DNA from: Candidatus Latescibacterota bacterium
GTDB lineage: Bacteria > Latescibacterota > UBA2968 > GCA-2709665
NCBI GenBank assembly: GCA_965219455.1
Contig: OZ244744.1
Span: 5,440,001-5,504,000, forward strand
Length of the DNA stretch: 64,000 nt
Direction: 5' to 3'
Positions 51,821 through 61,647 of this stretch are shown piece by piece (position 1 is the stretch's first letter; every line of letters begins with the position of its first letter). The notes below the pieces were generated by a model. It did not search any database, was not told the origin of the DNA, and saw only the letters and a list, made by a program, of their open reading frames with translations. Both the position numbers and the translations under genes were made by a program.

Positions 51821-51843
51821 GGGAAATCGGCTGAGAGTCATTG

Positions 51844-52385
51844 GACTACGAAATACGCGAAAAGACGCGAAACAGGGTTAGAGGTGGTGAACTACGAAAG
51901 ATACGAAATGACGCGAAAGGGGTGGTGTTGTATACGAAAAATACGAAAAAATGGGAAAGATGTGGTTTATAATTCGTTTACGAATCGTTCGTATTCCAGT
52001 CCTGGATGATGGCCGAAATTGACGAGCAGGCCGAGTTTCACTCCTGTTGATTTCACGTAGTTGATGACTTGTGCGCGATGTTCATCTTTCAATTGTTTCA
52101 CTGCCTTGATTTCCACAATAATTCTGTCGAAACAGAAAAAATCAGGCTGGTAAAACTGCTTCAACGCCTGTCCTTTGTAATGAAGTTTCAAATCTATTTT
52201 CTCCTTGTACGGGATCGCCGAAGAAGTGAATTCCATTGAAAGACACTCCTGGTAAACCGCTTCAAGAAAGCCGGCTCCTTTTTCTCTGTACACTTCAAAA
52301 CAGGCACCGATAATCCGATAGCTTTCCTCTTTGTAGACGATTTTTCCGGTCATACATTCCGCGCCCTTTCGCGACTTTCGTAGTT
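51844..52385 (-). mobile_element. IR-bounded GxxExxY cassette
   Basis: GACTACGAAATACGCGAAAAGACGCGAAA (51844-51872, with extra degenerate copies to ~51950) is inverted relative to ...TTTCGCGACTTTCGTAGTT ending at 52385. Confidence 0.65.
51967..52353 (-). CDS. GxxExxY protein (PD-(D/E)XK nuclease family)
   Basis: GAGFLEAVYQ, PDF..IIVEIKA, QVINY and LGLLVNFG motifs. Confidence 0.93.
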   Translation of the reverse strand: MTGKIVYKEESYRIIGACFEVYREKGAGFLEAVYQECLSMEFTSSAIPYKEKIDLKLHYKGQALKQFYQPDFFCFDRIIVEIKAVKQLKDEHRAQVINYVKSTGVKLGLLVNFGHHPGLEYERFVNEL

Positions 52386-52942
52386 AATCAAGCCCATAGA
52401 GCAGATGATTCGGGGCTCCCGCGGTTCATCCTCCACCTCGAGAACGCGAGCCCCTCTTTACCGACGATTTTTCCAGTCATGCATTTCGCGTCTTTTCGCG
52501 ACTTTCGTAGTTAATCAAGCCCATCGAGCAGATGATTCGGGGCCCTACGTGGTTCATCCTCCACCTCGATAACGCAGACTCCTCTTTGCCGACGACTTTT
52601 CCAGTCATACATTTCGCGTCTTTTAGCAACTTTCGTAGTTAATCAAGCCCATCGAGCAGATGATTCGCGGCTCCTGCGGTTCATCCTCCACCTTGAGAAC
52701 GTGGACTCCTCTTTGCCGACGAGTTTTTCAGTCATGCATTTCGCGTCTTTTCGCGATTTTCGTAGTTAATCAAGCCCATGGAGCAGATGATTCGGGGCGC
52801 CCGCGGTTCATCCTCCACCTCGATAACGCGGTCTCCTCTTTGCCGACGATTTTTCCAGTCAAACATTCCGCGTCTTTTCGCGATTTTCGTAGTTAATCAA
52901 GCCCATCGAGCAGATGATTCGCGGTTCATCAGGTTCATCCTC
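52326..52942. repeat. Tandem array of ~127-bp imperfect repeats (5 core copies)
   Basis: Core TTTCGTAGTTAATCAAGCCCAT starts at ~52376, 52503, 52631, 52758 and 52885 (periods 127/128/127/127). Confidence 0.95.
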
Positions 52943-55900
52943 ACCGTGGATGATGCAAAGCCGTCCATCCTCCCGCATTTCGATGACCAGTCCGGCGAGA
53001 TCATCGTCAGAGATTCCACTGCGCAATTGGCGGTTCAGCGTATCCACAGCGGATTGGCGCGGCGGATATCGGTATATCTCGCCCACTGCCCTGCGAAGTT
53101 GCTCTGTATCGAAGAGTGTGCCCTCGACCCTCTCGGCGTGATTCTTAAGCCGTTCATAGGTGCGGAAGCGCGCACCCGAGGGTCTTCCCAGTTGGCCCCC
53201 GACCTAATTCTCCTCCTTAGCTATGCGCTCAGCGGCTTTTCGTACAAGATCGTGATGGGTTTCGTGCCGGGGAAGCGCCGGTGTATTTGACTTGCATTCT
53301 GCTGCACGCAGAATTTCGAACTGGCTTTCCGTGACGCTGTACCCGTCCCGGTCCATCCACGCGAGGGCATCGTTGCCCTGTGTTGTACGCATGTATACAA
53401 GAACACCGTCCTGCCGGTCCTGTGTATGTACGCCGGATTTGGAGGAATGGACGACGTGAGGCATCTCCTCCACCTTTTTCTTCAGCGACGGATCAGCAGT
53501 CGTGGCGTTTCTCCAGATCTGGTAGGCATACGACGCAAGATCCACCTCGGAATCGTCATCGCCATCGAGGACTCCGGTCTGTTCGTTATATAGATCGACC
53601 ACCGCAAGAGTGTCCTCGTCCTCAAAAAAGGCTTCGTCGGTTCCCACCACTTCGGCGTTCTGTTCGAGGCGTTGCCGTACCCGGGCTCGCAGCCGAATCA
53701 GACGTTCGATGCCCTCCGCGGGTAGGAAGGAATAGCAGAGGATGTTCGGCGCCGATTGACCGATGCGGTCCACGCGTCCGGCTCTTTGGATCAGCCGGAT
53801 AATCGCCCACGGCAGGTCGTAATTTACGACAATGGCGCAGTCCTGAAGGTTCTGTCCCTCGCTCAACACATCCGTGGCAACCAGCACCCGGAGTTCCTCC
53901 TCCGGCGCGATCCGCCCACCTTTCTCGTTGCTTGTGGGACTGAATCGCCAGGCCAACCGCGTGGGATCCGTGGAGCCGCCAGTAACGCCCGAGAGACGTT
54001 CGACGCCTCCGTCCATTAATTGACGTTCCAGGTATTGCACCGTGTCCGCGAACTGCGTGAATACCAGAACCTTCTCACCTGGATGTTTATCCACAAGGAT
54101 CTTCTGCAGAGCGGCAAGCTTGGCGTCGTGTGACGGAATCCATTCACCGAAGTTCTCCAGCATTTCACGTAACGTTTTCGCATCCGACACCAGGGCTTGC
54201 CGAAGTGTCTCGTCGAAATGACGCGGGCTCAGCCAGCGAAATCGCCTTCTGTATCGTTCGCGGTAGGCATGGTAGACTCGTGCGGCGTGGCGCCGGAAAT
54301 CTTCTTCTGTTCTGAGAGATTTCCGAGCTGGAAATCCACCGTCCCCGTCTCCGTCGTCGTCAGAATCGTCGCCGGCAGCACCGTCCGAGTCCGCGTCGAA
54401 AGATTGAGGGTCCAGCAGCCCTGCGTCTGTCGTCCCGATCGGCAGATCCAGACCGTTTTCTATGGCATGGATAAAGATGAAATTCCTCAGTACGTGTCGC
54501 TCAACCGAGAGCTGGAACGAATGACCGCTGCTTTCAAGGCGTTTGAATAGGTTCGTCCGGCAGAATCCCATGAGGCGCCTGCCGGCGCGCGACAGGTCCT
54601 GCAGGATTCGATCCTCGGTCGACGATGGCGGCGGATCGGCCGCGGAGGTCAGGTAGTTTGCCAGACCGTAACGCGGGAGTTCTAACCCGTTAATGGCCGA
54701 TACCACATTGTCGTCAAAGAGCCGGGCGTATTGTTTGTCGATATCGAAGCCAACTGTCCTGGGAACGCGGACGGGGAAATAGGATCGCGTGCCGTCTTCG
54801 AATGTCAGATATCGTCGGCCATTAGCCGTATCCAGCGTGGCATAATTCTCCTGAATGAAGCTGCGAGTGCGTCGTACAAGGTACAGGCGCATCAATTCGC
54901 GCCAGTCGTCCGCATATTCAGATTGCTCGAATGCCGCGAGCGAACGGACGGGCGCCTGGTGGCGTCGGATGAACTCGGTTTCGCCGATCTCTCGCAACAG
55001 GCGTTCGGGACGAATGCCCAGGTCTTCATTCTCAGACACAAACAACCGGATCTGGTTTGAGAGATCCTGGTAGGTCTTGTTGTATGGCGTGGCGGAAAGC
55101 AGAATGCACTTGCTTTCATTCTCCGCGATGTATTCCTGGATTGCCCGGTATCGCTTGCCCTCACGGTTCCTTAGATTATGACTCTCGTCAATCACCACGA
55201 GGCGATACCGGCGCATGTCCGGAAGTTCGCGGGTCGCGCGGCTGATCGAAAGAACCCGGGCGCGCATCCGATACTCTTCGCGATAATCCTTCCACATCGG
55301 CACCAGGTTCTTGGGGCAGATAATCAGCGTTTCAACCCCATAATCATCTTCAAACACGCGCGCTAAAGCCGTGGCCATTAGCGTTTTACCGAGCCCAACG
55401 ACATCGCCAATAATGACGCCGCCGCGTTTGTTCAGGTGATGCGCGGCGATCTTCACGGCGGCCACATGGAAATCGAGAAGCTTATTCCCGAAATCTCTCG
55501 GTATACGGAATTCCGTCAGACCCGCTCGGGCTTCCTGGGACAGGTGATAAGCCATCTTCACGTAAATATGGTACGGTGGGATCAACCGCGGCCCCGCCCA
55601 ACTCTCGTCGATTATCTGCGCGAGTTCCTTAGAAATATCAACGCACCAGCGGTCCTGCCAGCGATCTTCAAACCATTTCGCGAGTTTCTCACAGGAATCG
55701 TGATCCAGAACATCCACGTTTAGTTCGCCCTGGCCGGAAAGACCGGATTGCGTAAGATTGCTGCTGCCCAGGTACCCCACTGAAGGGTTGACGGGATCCG
55801 GCCGGAACAGCATGTAGAGCTTGGCATGAAGCGGATGTCTGAGGAAGAGCTTGACCACGACCTTCTTGGCCTTGATTTGCCTCGACAACCTGCGGAGTCC

Positions 55901-56242
55901 TGCCTCGTCCACGTTGCTAGGTGCGCCCGTCGCCAATTGGTCCCTGAACTGTTCCGCGAGCTTTTTCTTTTCTTGATTGACCTTCTGATTGTCGAGTTCC
56001 TCATTTTTTGCAATCAAACTCCTTGTATTTCGAAACTGCTCGTGAGGCGATCCATGCATGCCTACAAGCAGGCGGCAGCAGTTTCCTTCCCCACCCTGCC
56101 ATCTCTCAACATATTCATCGATCGCCCGCCAACCTCGCAAATTGAAGTAGCCCACACAGAAATCTGCGCGGTCAGAAACCGCCATTGTTTCCGCCAAAGC
56201 CAGCAAGAGACGCTGTTCAATATTGTCGAAAATCCGTGGCAT
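52859..56242 (-). pseudogene. PLD (NgoFVII-like) nuclease-SNF2 helicase, interrupted by an in-frame TAG at 53204-53206
   Basis: HAKLY..GSSN (HKD-like), DVVGLGKT, DESH, SATP, SEGQNLQ and QRAGRVDRIG motifs. The frame continues past TAG (VGGQLGRPSGARFRTYERLK...IICSMGLI). Confidence 0.85.
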
Positions 56243-56301
56243 CAGGCCTTCTTTCTATAGTCTCAGGTCTGTATCGCATCTGACAGCCAGAATTCGGCAA
56301 T

Positions 56302-56334
56302 ACCAGATATAGGCAAGTATCTGGTGTATGTCAA
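56302..56334 (-). promoter_or_regulatory. Candidate promoter with overlapping operator palindrome for the helicase/MTase operon
   Basis: TTGACA-17bp-TATATC with inverted repeat ACCAGATA-N8-TATCTGGT. Confidence 0.5.
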
Positions 56335-56677
56335 CCGGCCAGTGACAAGCCATTAAACCCAATCAACTATTAAATTCCTGATATCAATTCACTTAAAGTC
56401 AATTTCCGTGGCTTACTGGCCTGACAACGCGTCCATACTCACACACTATAGACCCTTGGGAAAACGTCGGCGCAGATTGCAAATGTTCGTCAGGCGCATA
56501 AAAAGAAACAGCCATTCAAACACGAATTTGAGTGGCTGTTGCCCGAGATCAAATACAATTGTGAGGGGCTGCTGGGGATGGGAGCGAAATCCGATAAGTC
56601 AATTTAGCAGAGCAATCGTTACACCGGACGGGAGAGCGGTTTCAGTACCTGAAAATCCTATTGATACAACCATATCG

Positions 56678-57256
56678 TTAGCCATTGTTGCCCCTTTGCA
56701 GGAACTGGATCCCCGAATCACTTATCTCCCAAATTCCTCGACGGCTATCACTGCGCAATAGACCTCTCTCTACCAACGTATTGCGTGCCCAAGCTGCGGT
56801 ATTACGCCAGCGCGGCATATCTGCGGTAGAAGCGAGGGGCTTGAAGTCAATGTCCCTCAGCGTATCCTTCATACGCTGGAGGACGCGCTCAAGTACTTCC
56901 GACATTGGCGCCGATCCACCCGAATCGTTGAGTGCTTCAAGTATGGGACGATAGTAACAATCCACTGGAGTACGCTTTCCTCGCGGAAGGCGGATCCGGC
57001 CTTCGACCGAGGTTCCCTTACTTGCCTTGCGCCGATCTCCGCGGAAGAGAGTCTCCCACTCGCCTCGTATAGTAGCGATCCTGTCGCGGAGGTTTTTGAT
57101 CTTTGCCGCACGCTCAAGAGCGTCTCTCGCCTTCTCGTATTCACCAACTTCGAAAGTGCGCGCGCCATCTTGGTTCACGAACTCTATCTCTGCTTCAATC
57201 TCTTCGAGTACAATGTCGAGCGCAGCCAGCACGTTAGTACGATTATCTTCGTTCAT
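56678..57256 (-). CDS. Mrr N-terminal (winged-helix) domain protein lacking the nuclease domain
   Basis: YYRPILEAL..GGS, RWRNTAAWARNTLVERGLL and RGIWEIS motifs. Confidence 0.8.
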   Translation of the reverse strand: MNEDNRTNVLAALDIVLEEIEAEIEFVNQDGARTFEVGEYEKARDALERAAKIKNLRDRIATIRGEWETLFRGDRRKASKGTSVEGRIRLPRGKRTPVDCYYRPILEALNDSGGSAPMSEVLERVLQRMKDTLRDIDFKPLASTADMPRWRNTAAWARNTLVERGLLRSDSRRGIWEISDSGIQFLQRGNNG

Positions 57257-57315
57257 TGTCGCCTCCTTCTGATGGCGAACGCAAATTGCCGGAGGATACC
57301 ACTTCTCACTATAAC

Positions 57316-57525
57316 TTATTCAACAACAGGGACTTGAATCTCATATCGCATACCATTGTACACCACGTTATGATTGACAGGTAGAAAATTCTTGTCTTGC
57401 TCGACACCATCCTCAAGGGCCGCATGCGCCCTTGCAAGGTTCGGAAAGGACCAGGCTATTTGCTCACCGACTGTCCTGGGTACTGGTATGGCCGTTTTCG
57501 TCTCCATCCAATTTCTGTCAGACAA
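57316..57525 (-). CDS. Small hypothetical protein
   Basis: Short ORF co-oriented with its neighbours; no recognisable motif. Confidence 0.3.
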   Translation of the reverse strand: MSDRNWMETKTAIPVPRTVGEQIAWSFPNLARAHAALEDGVEQDKNFLPVNHNVVYNGMRYEIQVPVVE

Positions 57526-57558
57526 CCGCCAATCCGTCAGTCCGGCCTATCCGTATCG

Positions 57559-58011
57559 TCAGCCGCTGCTTCTGTCAAACTCCAAGCTGCCGGCCTGTTG
57601 ATAGAGTTCGGCCAAAGCGTCTTCGGCTTTTTCATAAGTCTCTCGCAGCGTTCGGTCTTTCCTTATAAGTGGATGGCTGCCAATGAATTGATAGATGTAG
57701 TCCACCGCGACGGAGGCTCGATCCATGAGTTCGAAATAGTGGCCGTCGTTTATTGCGTTATCCGAATCTTCGGGAAAAAGGGTTGATCCACCGTCTGTTG
57801 TATTTTCTTCAAGTATCGGGAAGCGGAATGCCTGGAGAAAATACCTTATGTCTTCTCTTAATTCATGAGGGGTTTCCCCCATAGGTTCGACCGGTTCTTC
57901 CGTCCAGTTCTCTATGCTGCCGTCTTCGCCGTAATAAACCTCGTGGACACAATACGTCACCGAGTCGGTTTCGGTATGACGCTTCCTGATGACCCTGTAG
58001 TCCCACGTCAT
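57559..58011 (-). CDS. Hypothetical protein
   Basis: MTWDYRV..HEVYY motif; RBS-preceded 150-aa ORF. Confidence 0.65.
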   Translation of the reverse strand: MTWDYRVIRKRHTETDSVTYCVHEVYYGEDGSIENWTEEPVEPMGETPHELREDIRYFLQAFRFPILEENTTDGGSTLFPEDSDNAINDGHYFELMDRASVAVDYIYQFIGSHPLIRKDRTLRETYEKAEDALAELYQQAGSLEFDRSSG

Positions 58012-58138
58012 TTCTTTTCTCCTGTGGCGACCGGATTCACCGCCGGCGCCGAGGTAGACGTGCTACGCTTGACTGCACGGGTGACGACAACCCGGTTGAC
58101 CGTCTCCTTAGACGATGCTCTCGTCAGCGGCCGCGCCG

Positions 58139-59317
58139 CTACAGATCCGCCGGCATCTGGCCAGACGGGCGGTCCGGACCCGGGCGGAAGTCTGGAACCT
58201 TCATGAGCTTGCCGCCGTCTTCAATCGAATCGTACGCCCGGATGGCGGGCGCGATTGTCTCCATCGCCCTGTAGACATCCAGCGTTAGCGGCTTGCCCTC
58301 ACGAACGGCATCCCTGAAATGCGCGTGTACGTAGTAGTCGGCATCCCCGTGGCCGCTGCCCCGGGCCTCTGAAGGCGCATCCGTACGCTGATACTGCCAG
58401 TCCACCTCCGCCCAGTCGTTCATTTGCGTATCGGCGAACCACACCTTGGGCTTCTCCTGGAGCGACCGCCGCCATTCCATGCTGCCCTTCGTGCCGATGA
58501 ATTGCCACCAGTGGTGGTCGCCGTGCGGCCTGGGCTGCGTAAACCCGCACAGCATGCGAATCAACGTGTCCTTCTCCGTCTTCATCAATGCCACCTGAAT
58601 ATCGGGGCGGGAGATCTGTGGCCAGGCGTAGCTGGGCTGCTTCGTACTCATCCCCACCACCTCCACCACCCGATCGTCCAGAACTTTCAGCACCACGGAC
58701 ATATCGTGCGAACCGATACCTCCAACGATTACGGGGAGAGAGTGCAGCACCGTCGGTTCGGCTTCGGGATGGTCGGGCAGCGCCCCGACCGGATACTGCC
58801 TGCCGGTTTTGAAATCCTGGAAATACTGATGGGTGCCGTACCACCCCACATACTGGCCCTCGGCGTACGTAATCTTGCCCAGTCGTCCCTCTGCCACCTG
58901 GCGCCGCCAGCCTTCTACGACCCCCCAGAATCGCGTCTGCTCAGCCAGGCTGTACACCAGCCCCGTCCGCTCCACCTCGGTCACAATCCGCCAGCAGTCC
59001 GCCATTGTAAACGCCGCCGGCACCTCCGAGTTCACGTGTTTTCCCGCCTCCAGTGCCTGCGCCGCCATTGCCCCCACCTCCCTCTGCCTCACGCACAGGC
59101 CAACCGCTTCCATCCCATCGTAAGTCAGGAATTCCTCGTAATTCGCGAACGCCTTTACATCGTCGCCGTAGCGGATCGCCCCCAGCGACCGCTCCTGCAG
59201 CGGCTCAATCCAGTCGTAGATCGCGGTGATCCGGTAACCGGGGATCTCCTGCAACAATCGGATCCAGTTCAGGGCGCGATGGCCCAGCCCGGCAATTCCA
59301 ATGCGTATCTCGTCCAT
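58139..59317 (-). CDS. Gfo/Idh/MocA-family oxidoreductase
   Basis: IGIAGLG Rossmann fold, ALEAGKHV.SEVP and GHGDAD motifs. Confidence 0.88.
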   Translation of the reverse strand: MDEIRIGIAGLGHRALNWIRLLQEIPGYRITAIYDWIEPLQERSLGAIRYGDDVKAFANYEEFLTYDGMEAVGLCVRQREVGAMAAQALEAGKHVNSEVPAAFTMADCWRIVTEVERTGLVYSLAEQTRFWGVVEGWRRQVAEGRLGKITYAEGQYVGWYGTHQYFQDFKTGRQYPVGALPDHPEAEPTVLHSLPVIVGGIGSHDMSVVLKVLDDRVVEVVGMSTKQPSYAWPQISRPDIQVALMKTEKDTLIRMLCGFTQPRPHGDHHWWQFIGTKGSMEWRRSLQEKPKVWFADTQMNDWAEVDWQYQRTDAPSEARGSGHGDADYYVHAHFRDAVREGKPLTLDVYRAMETIAPAIRAYDSIEDGGKLMKVPDFRPGPDRPSGQMPADL

Positions 59318-59372
59318 CGTAGTCCCTCCGTCGCCATAGAGGCGCCCCGTGCCCCGGGACCTCGAGTGCGAA

Positions 59373-59870
59373 CTATTCCAGTTCACCCACGGAAAGCGAC
59401 CGGACTGTCACCGTCGATCCCCACGCCGGGCCAATACCCACCGGGCCCATCAGACCCCGGTAGTTGATCCGGTGAAATTCGTCCCCGGTCTCACCCGCGT
59501 TCGTATACCGAAGCTCATCGTCAACCATAACCTGCATGTGGTCCTCCCGGATCACCCACGTCACCCTCATCCATGTATCTTCTGGAATTCGACCCTGATC
59601 CTTCACGTGAAACGCATGGCCGTAAACCGGTTCGTAACACGCCATCTGCCCAGGCGAAGCCTCCCAGTTGAAGATAATATGACCCTTGGCAAAATGCAGT
59701 CGCAGGTTCGTCGAATCCGTCTTCGCCACCGCCACGATTCTCAGCGGCACGGTGTAAGTTCCCGGTGTCCGGGCATAACCGTATCCGGAAAGCCTGAGGT
59801 GTCCTCCATCCGAACTGACGCTGCATTCACTGACCGGCAACATTTCAGAAAGTAAGATCTCTGCCATCAC
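59373..59870 (-). CDS. Hypothetical protein (beta-rich)
   Basis: 165-aa ORF in an apparent operon with the oxidoreductase. Confidence 0.55.
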   Translation of the reverse strand: MMAEILLSEMLPVSECSVSSDGGHLRLSGYGYARTPGTYTVPLRIVAVAKTDSTNLRLHFAKGHIIFNWEASPGQMACYEPVYGHAFHVKDQGRIPEDTWMRVTWVIREDHMQVMVDDELRYTNAGETGDEFHRINYRGLMGPVGIGPAWGSTVTVRSLSVGELE

Positions 59871-59949
59871 TGATTCCTTTAACCGTTTCTGCGCGAACGT
59901 CTTCAGTTTAACGGTTACAACCGGATGACCCTTTCACACCGATCCACCG

Positions 59950-61053
59950 TCACCCTGTCCCGGCTACCAGAACCGGACCGGCAAACAACGCTTCCGGAAG
60001 CAAGCTCGCCGTTGCGCTTGAATGGGCATGGTCGAAGCCATCGGTGGTGACCTGGGCCATCGCCGTGTAAAATGCGCCCTCTCCGCTGACTCCGCTGCGG
60101 TTTCCACCACTATGTCCCCGAAGCCACTTCGGATCGACCAACTGCTCGCCCTTCCACATTCCCTGTGTCGCCAGCAGATGCCCGAAACGGGCGATATCCG
60201 ACGGACTCATCACCACCCAGCCCGGACCGCTTCGCACCGGGTGTCCGTTGATTTCATAGGGCGGATCGAGATACGTATACGAATCCGGAATGTCCGGATA
60301 AAAGTACTTGCTTTCACTCATCGTCCTTCCCGTGTACCAGTCCCAACGTGCCGCCGGAATCCCGATCTTACCGAACAGCCGCTCATCCAGCACCTCTTTG
60401 AGGTCCCGGCCCCAAACAAAGGTCAGGGCCTGGCCCAGCCGCCAGAACCCGGCGCTGCTATAGCGTTCAACAGTGCCGGGTACCACGTGGGAATAGATGT
60501 CGTAGAAAGGGTCCCCGGTCCAGGTCGCCCACGCAGGCCACCATTTGTCCGACTCCTCTCCGGGGCGACCCTCACGTCCCTTGGCCCATTCGTTTCCCAG
60601 TTCCATGGGAAACCCTCCCTCGTGCGTGCCCCCTTCCTTCGGGCCGATGAGATGGCGCCACGTGAGCGTTTCGTGGTGTCCCCGGTTAAGAATCTTGTGC
60701 GGATGTGAAAGCTCACCTTCACCGGTCCAGGTCCTGTGGATCGGCTCATCAGGGTGCAGCATCCCCTCTTCCACCGCAAATCCGATCAGCACCCACATAA
60801 ACGCCTTGCCCATCGAGGCCGTCTGGAACCGGTAATGCCGGTCACCCCAGGCATGCACCAGGTACCCTCCGCGCGTGAGCATGGTCCCCCATTTGTTCCC
60901 GGTATGGTCCTCGCCGCCAAAGGACGCGCCCTTTATGTCCAATCCTGAGAGGAAGCGGTCGAATTTCTCCTCATCCAGCCCGGCTTCAGCGGGCGTAATC
61001 GCGATCCAGTCGTCCTGCGGATAGGTCACCCATTCAGGGATCTCACGTCCCAC
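59950..61053 (-). CDS. Serine hydrolase (beta-lactamase family)
   Basis: SxxK (ASMGK), PGTVERYSS and DIARFGHL..GMWKG motifs. Confidence 0.8.
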   Translation of the reverse strand: MGREIPEWVTYPQDDWIAITPAEAGLDEEKFDRFLSGLDIKGASFGGEDHTGNKWGTMLTRGGYLVHAWGDRHYRFQTASMGKAFMWVLIGFAVEEGMLHPDEPIHRTWTGEGELSHPHKILNRGHHETLTWRHLIGPKEGGTHEGGFPMELGNEWAKGREGRPGEESDKWWPAWATWTGDPFYDIYSHVVPGTVERYSSAGFWRLGQALTFVWGRDLKEVLDERLFGKIGIPAARWDWYTGRTMSESKYFYPDIPDSYTYLDPPYEINGHPVRSGPGWVVMSPSDIARFGHLLATQGMWKGEQLVDPKWLRGHSGGNRSGVSGEGAFYTAMAQVTTDGFDHAHSSATASLLPEALFAGPVLVAGTG

Positions 61054-61542
61054 GTTATTGTCCCCTCCCGTTGAGCTTCACAAAAGTCGGTCTATCAATG
61101 GTGGCGATTCCTCCATCGGGCAACATATATGCCCTCACCAGAAATCTGATGTAAAGCGTGATTCAGGGCGAAGCGGCTCAGGATTGCGTTCAACCGATTG
61201 AAATTCACTCATTCCTTCGATCCTAAGGTAGAAACTCCCGAGATCCACTCTACGCAATCAGCAGTCACGCTCGAAGCAAGCCTGTCGAAATGCCTGCGCC
61301 TCGGGACACTTTGATAACCCTGTTCCGACCCTTCGACAAGCTCAGGGAGCGGCCCAGGGTGCACGCAGCCATCCGTAAATGCCGCCGCCTGACGAGGGAC
61401 CGGACATGCTGCCTGTCAGGCCGATCCCAGTGAGAGAGGCCTGGACATCATCCAAGGCTACAATCCGCCCATCAAAAGAAACGGCCATTTATACACGAAT
61501 GTCAAATGGCCATTTATTGCATTGTAAACGCGGGATTTAAAG

Positions 61543-61618
61543 TGGAGCGGGAAACGGGACTCGAACCCGCGACATCAAGCTTGGGAAGCTTGTGCTCTAC
61601 CTACTGAGCTATTCCCGC
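61543..61618 (-). tRNA. tRNA-Gly (CCC)
   Basis: GCGGGAATAGCTCAG...CTTCCCAAG...GGTTCGAGTCCCGTTTCCCGCTCCA; 76 nt with encoded CCA. Confidence 0.97.
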
Positions 61619-61647
61619 CCCATATATATCGGAATCTACCAACTCCC

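Noticed and set aside
52326-52942. CRISPR array interpretation of the tandem repeats
   Set aside because: Units are similar along their whole length with no unique spacers, derive from neighbouring coding sequence, and no cas genes are present.
52326-52942. Diversity-generating retroelement template/variable repeats
   Set aside because: No reverse transcriptase in the window, and differences between copies are not confined to adenines.
47341-56242. Complete DISARM or BREX system
   Set aside because: No DrmA/DrmB (DUF1998), PglZ or BrxC genes are visible.
61380-61470. Hammerhead/HDV-like ribozyme suggested by CTGACGAG and a GCCTGAC/GTCAGGC stem
   Set aside because: The required GAAA core (hammerhead) or nested P3/P1.1 pairing (HDV) could not be built.
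39842-61618. Integrase-mediated island at tRNA-Gly
   Set aside because: No integrase gene and no duplicated tRNA 3' end were noticed in the window.
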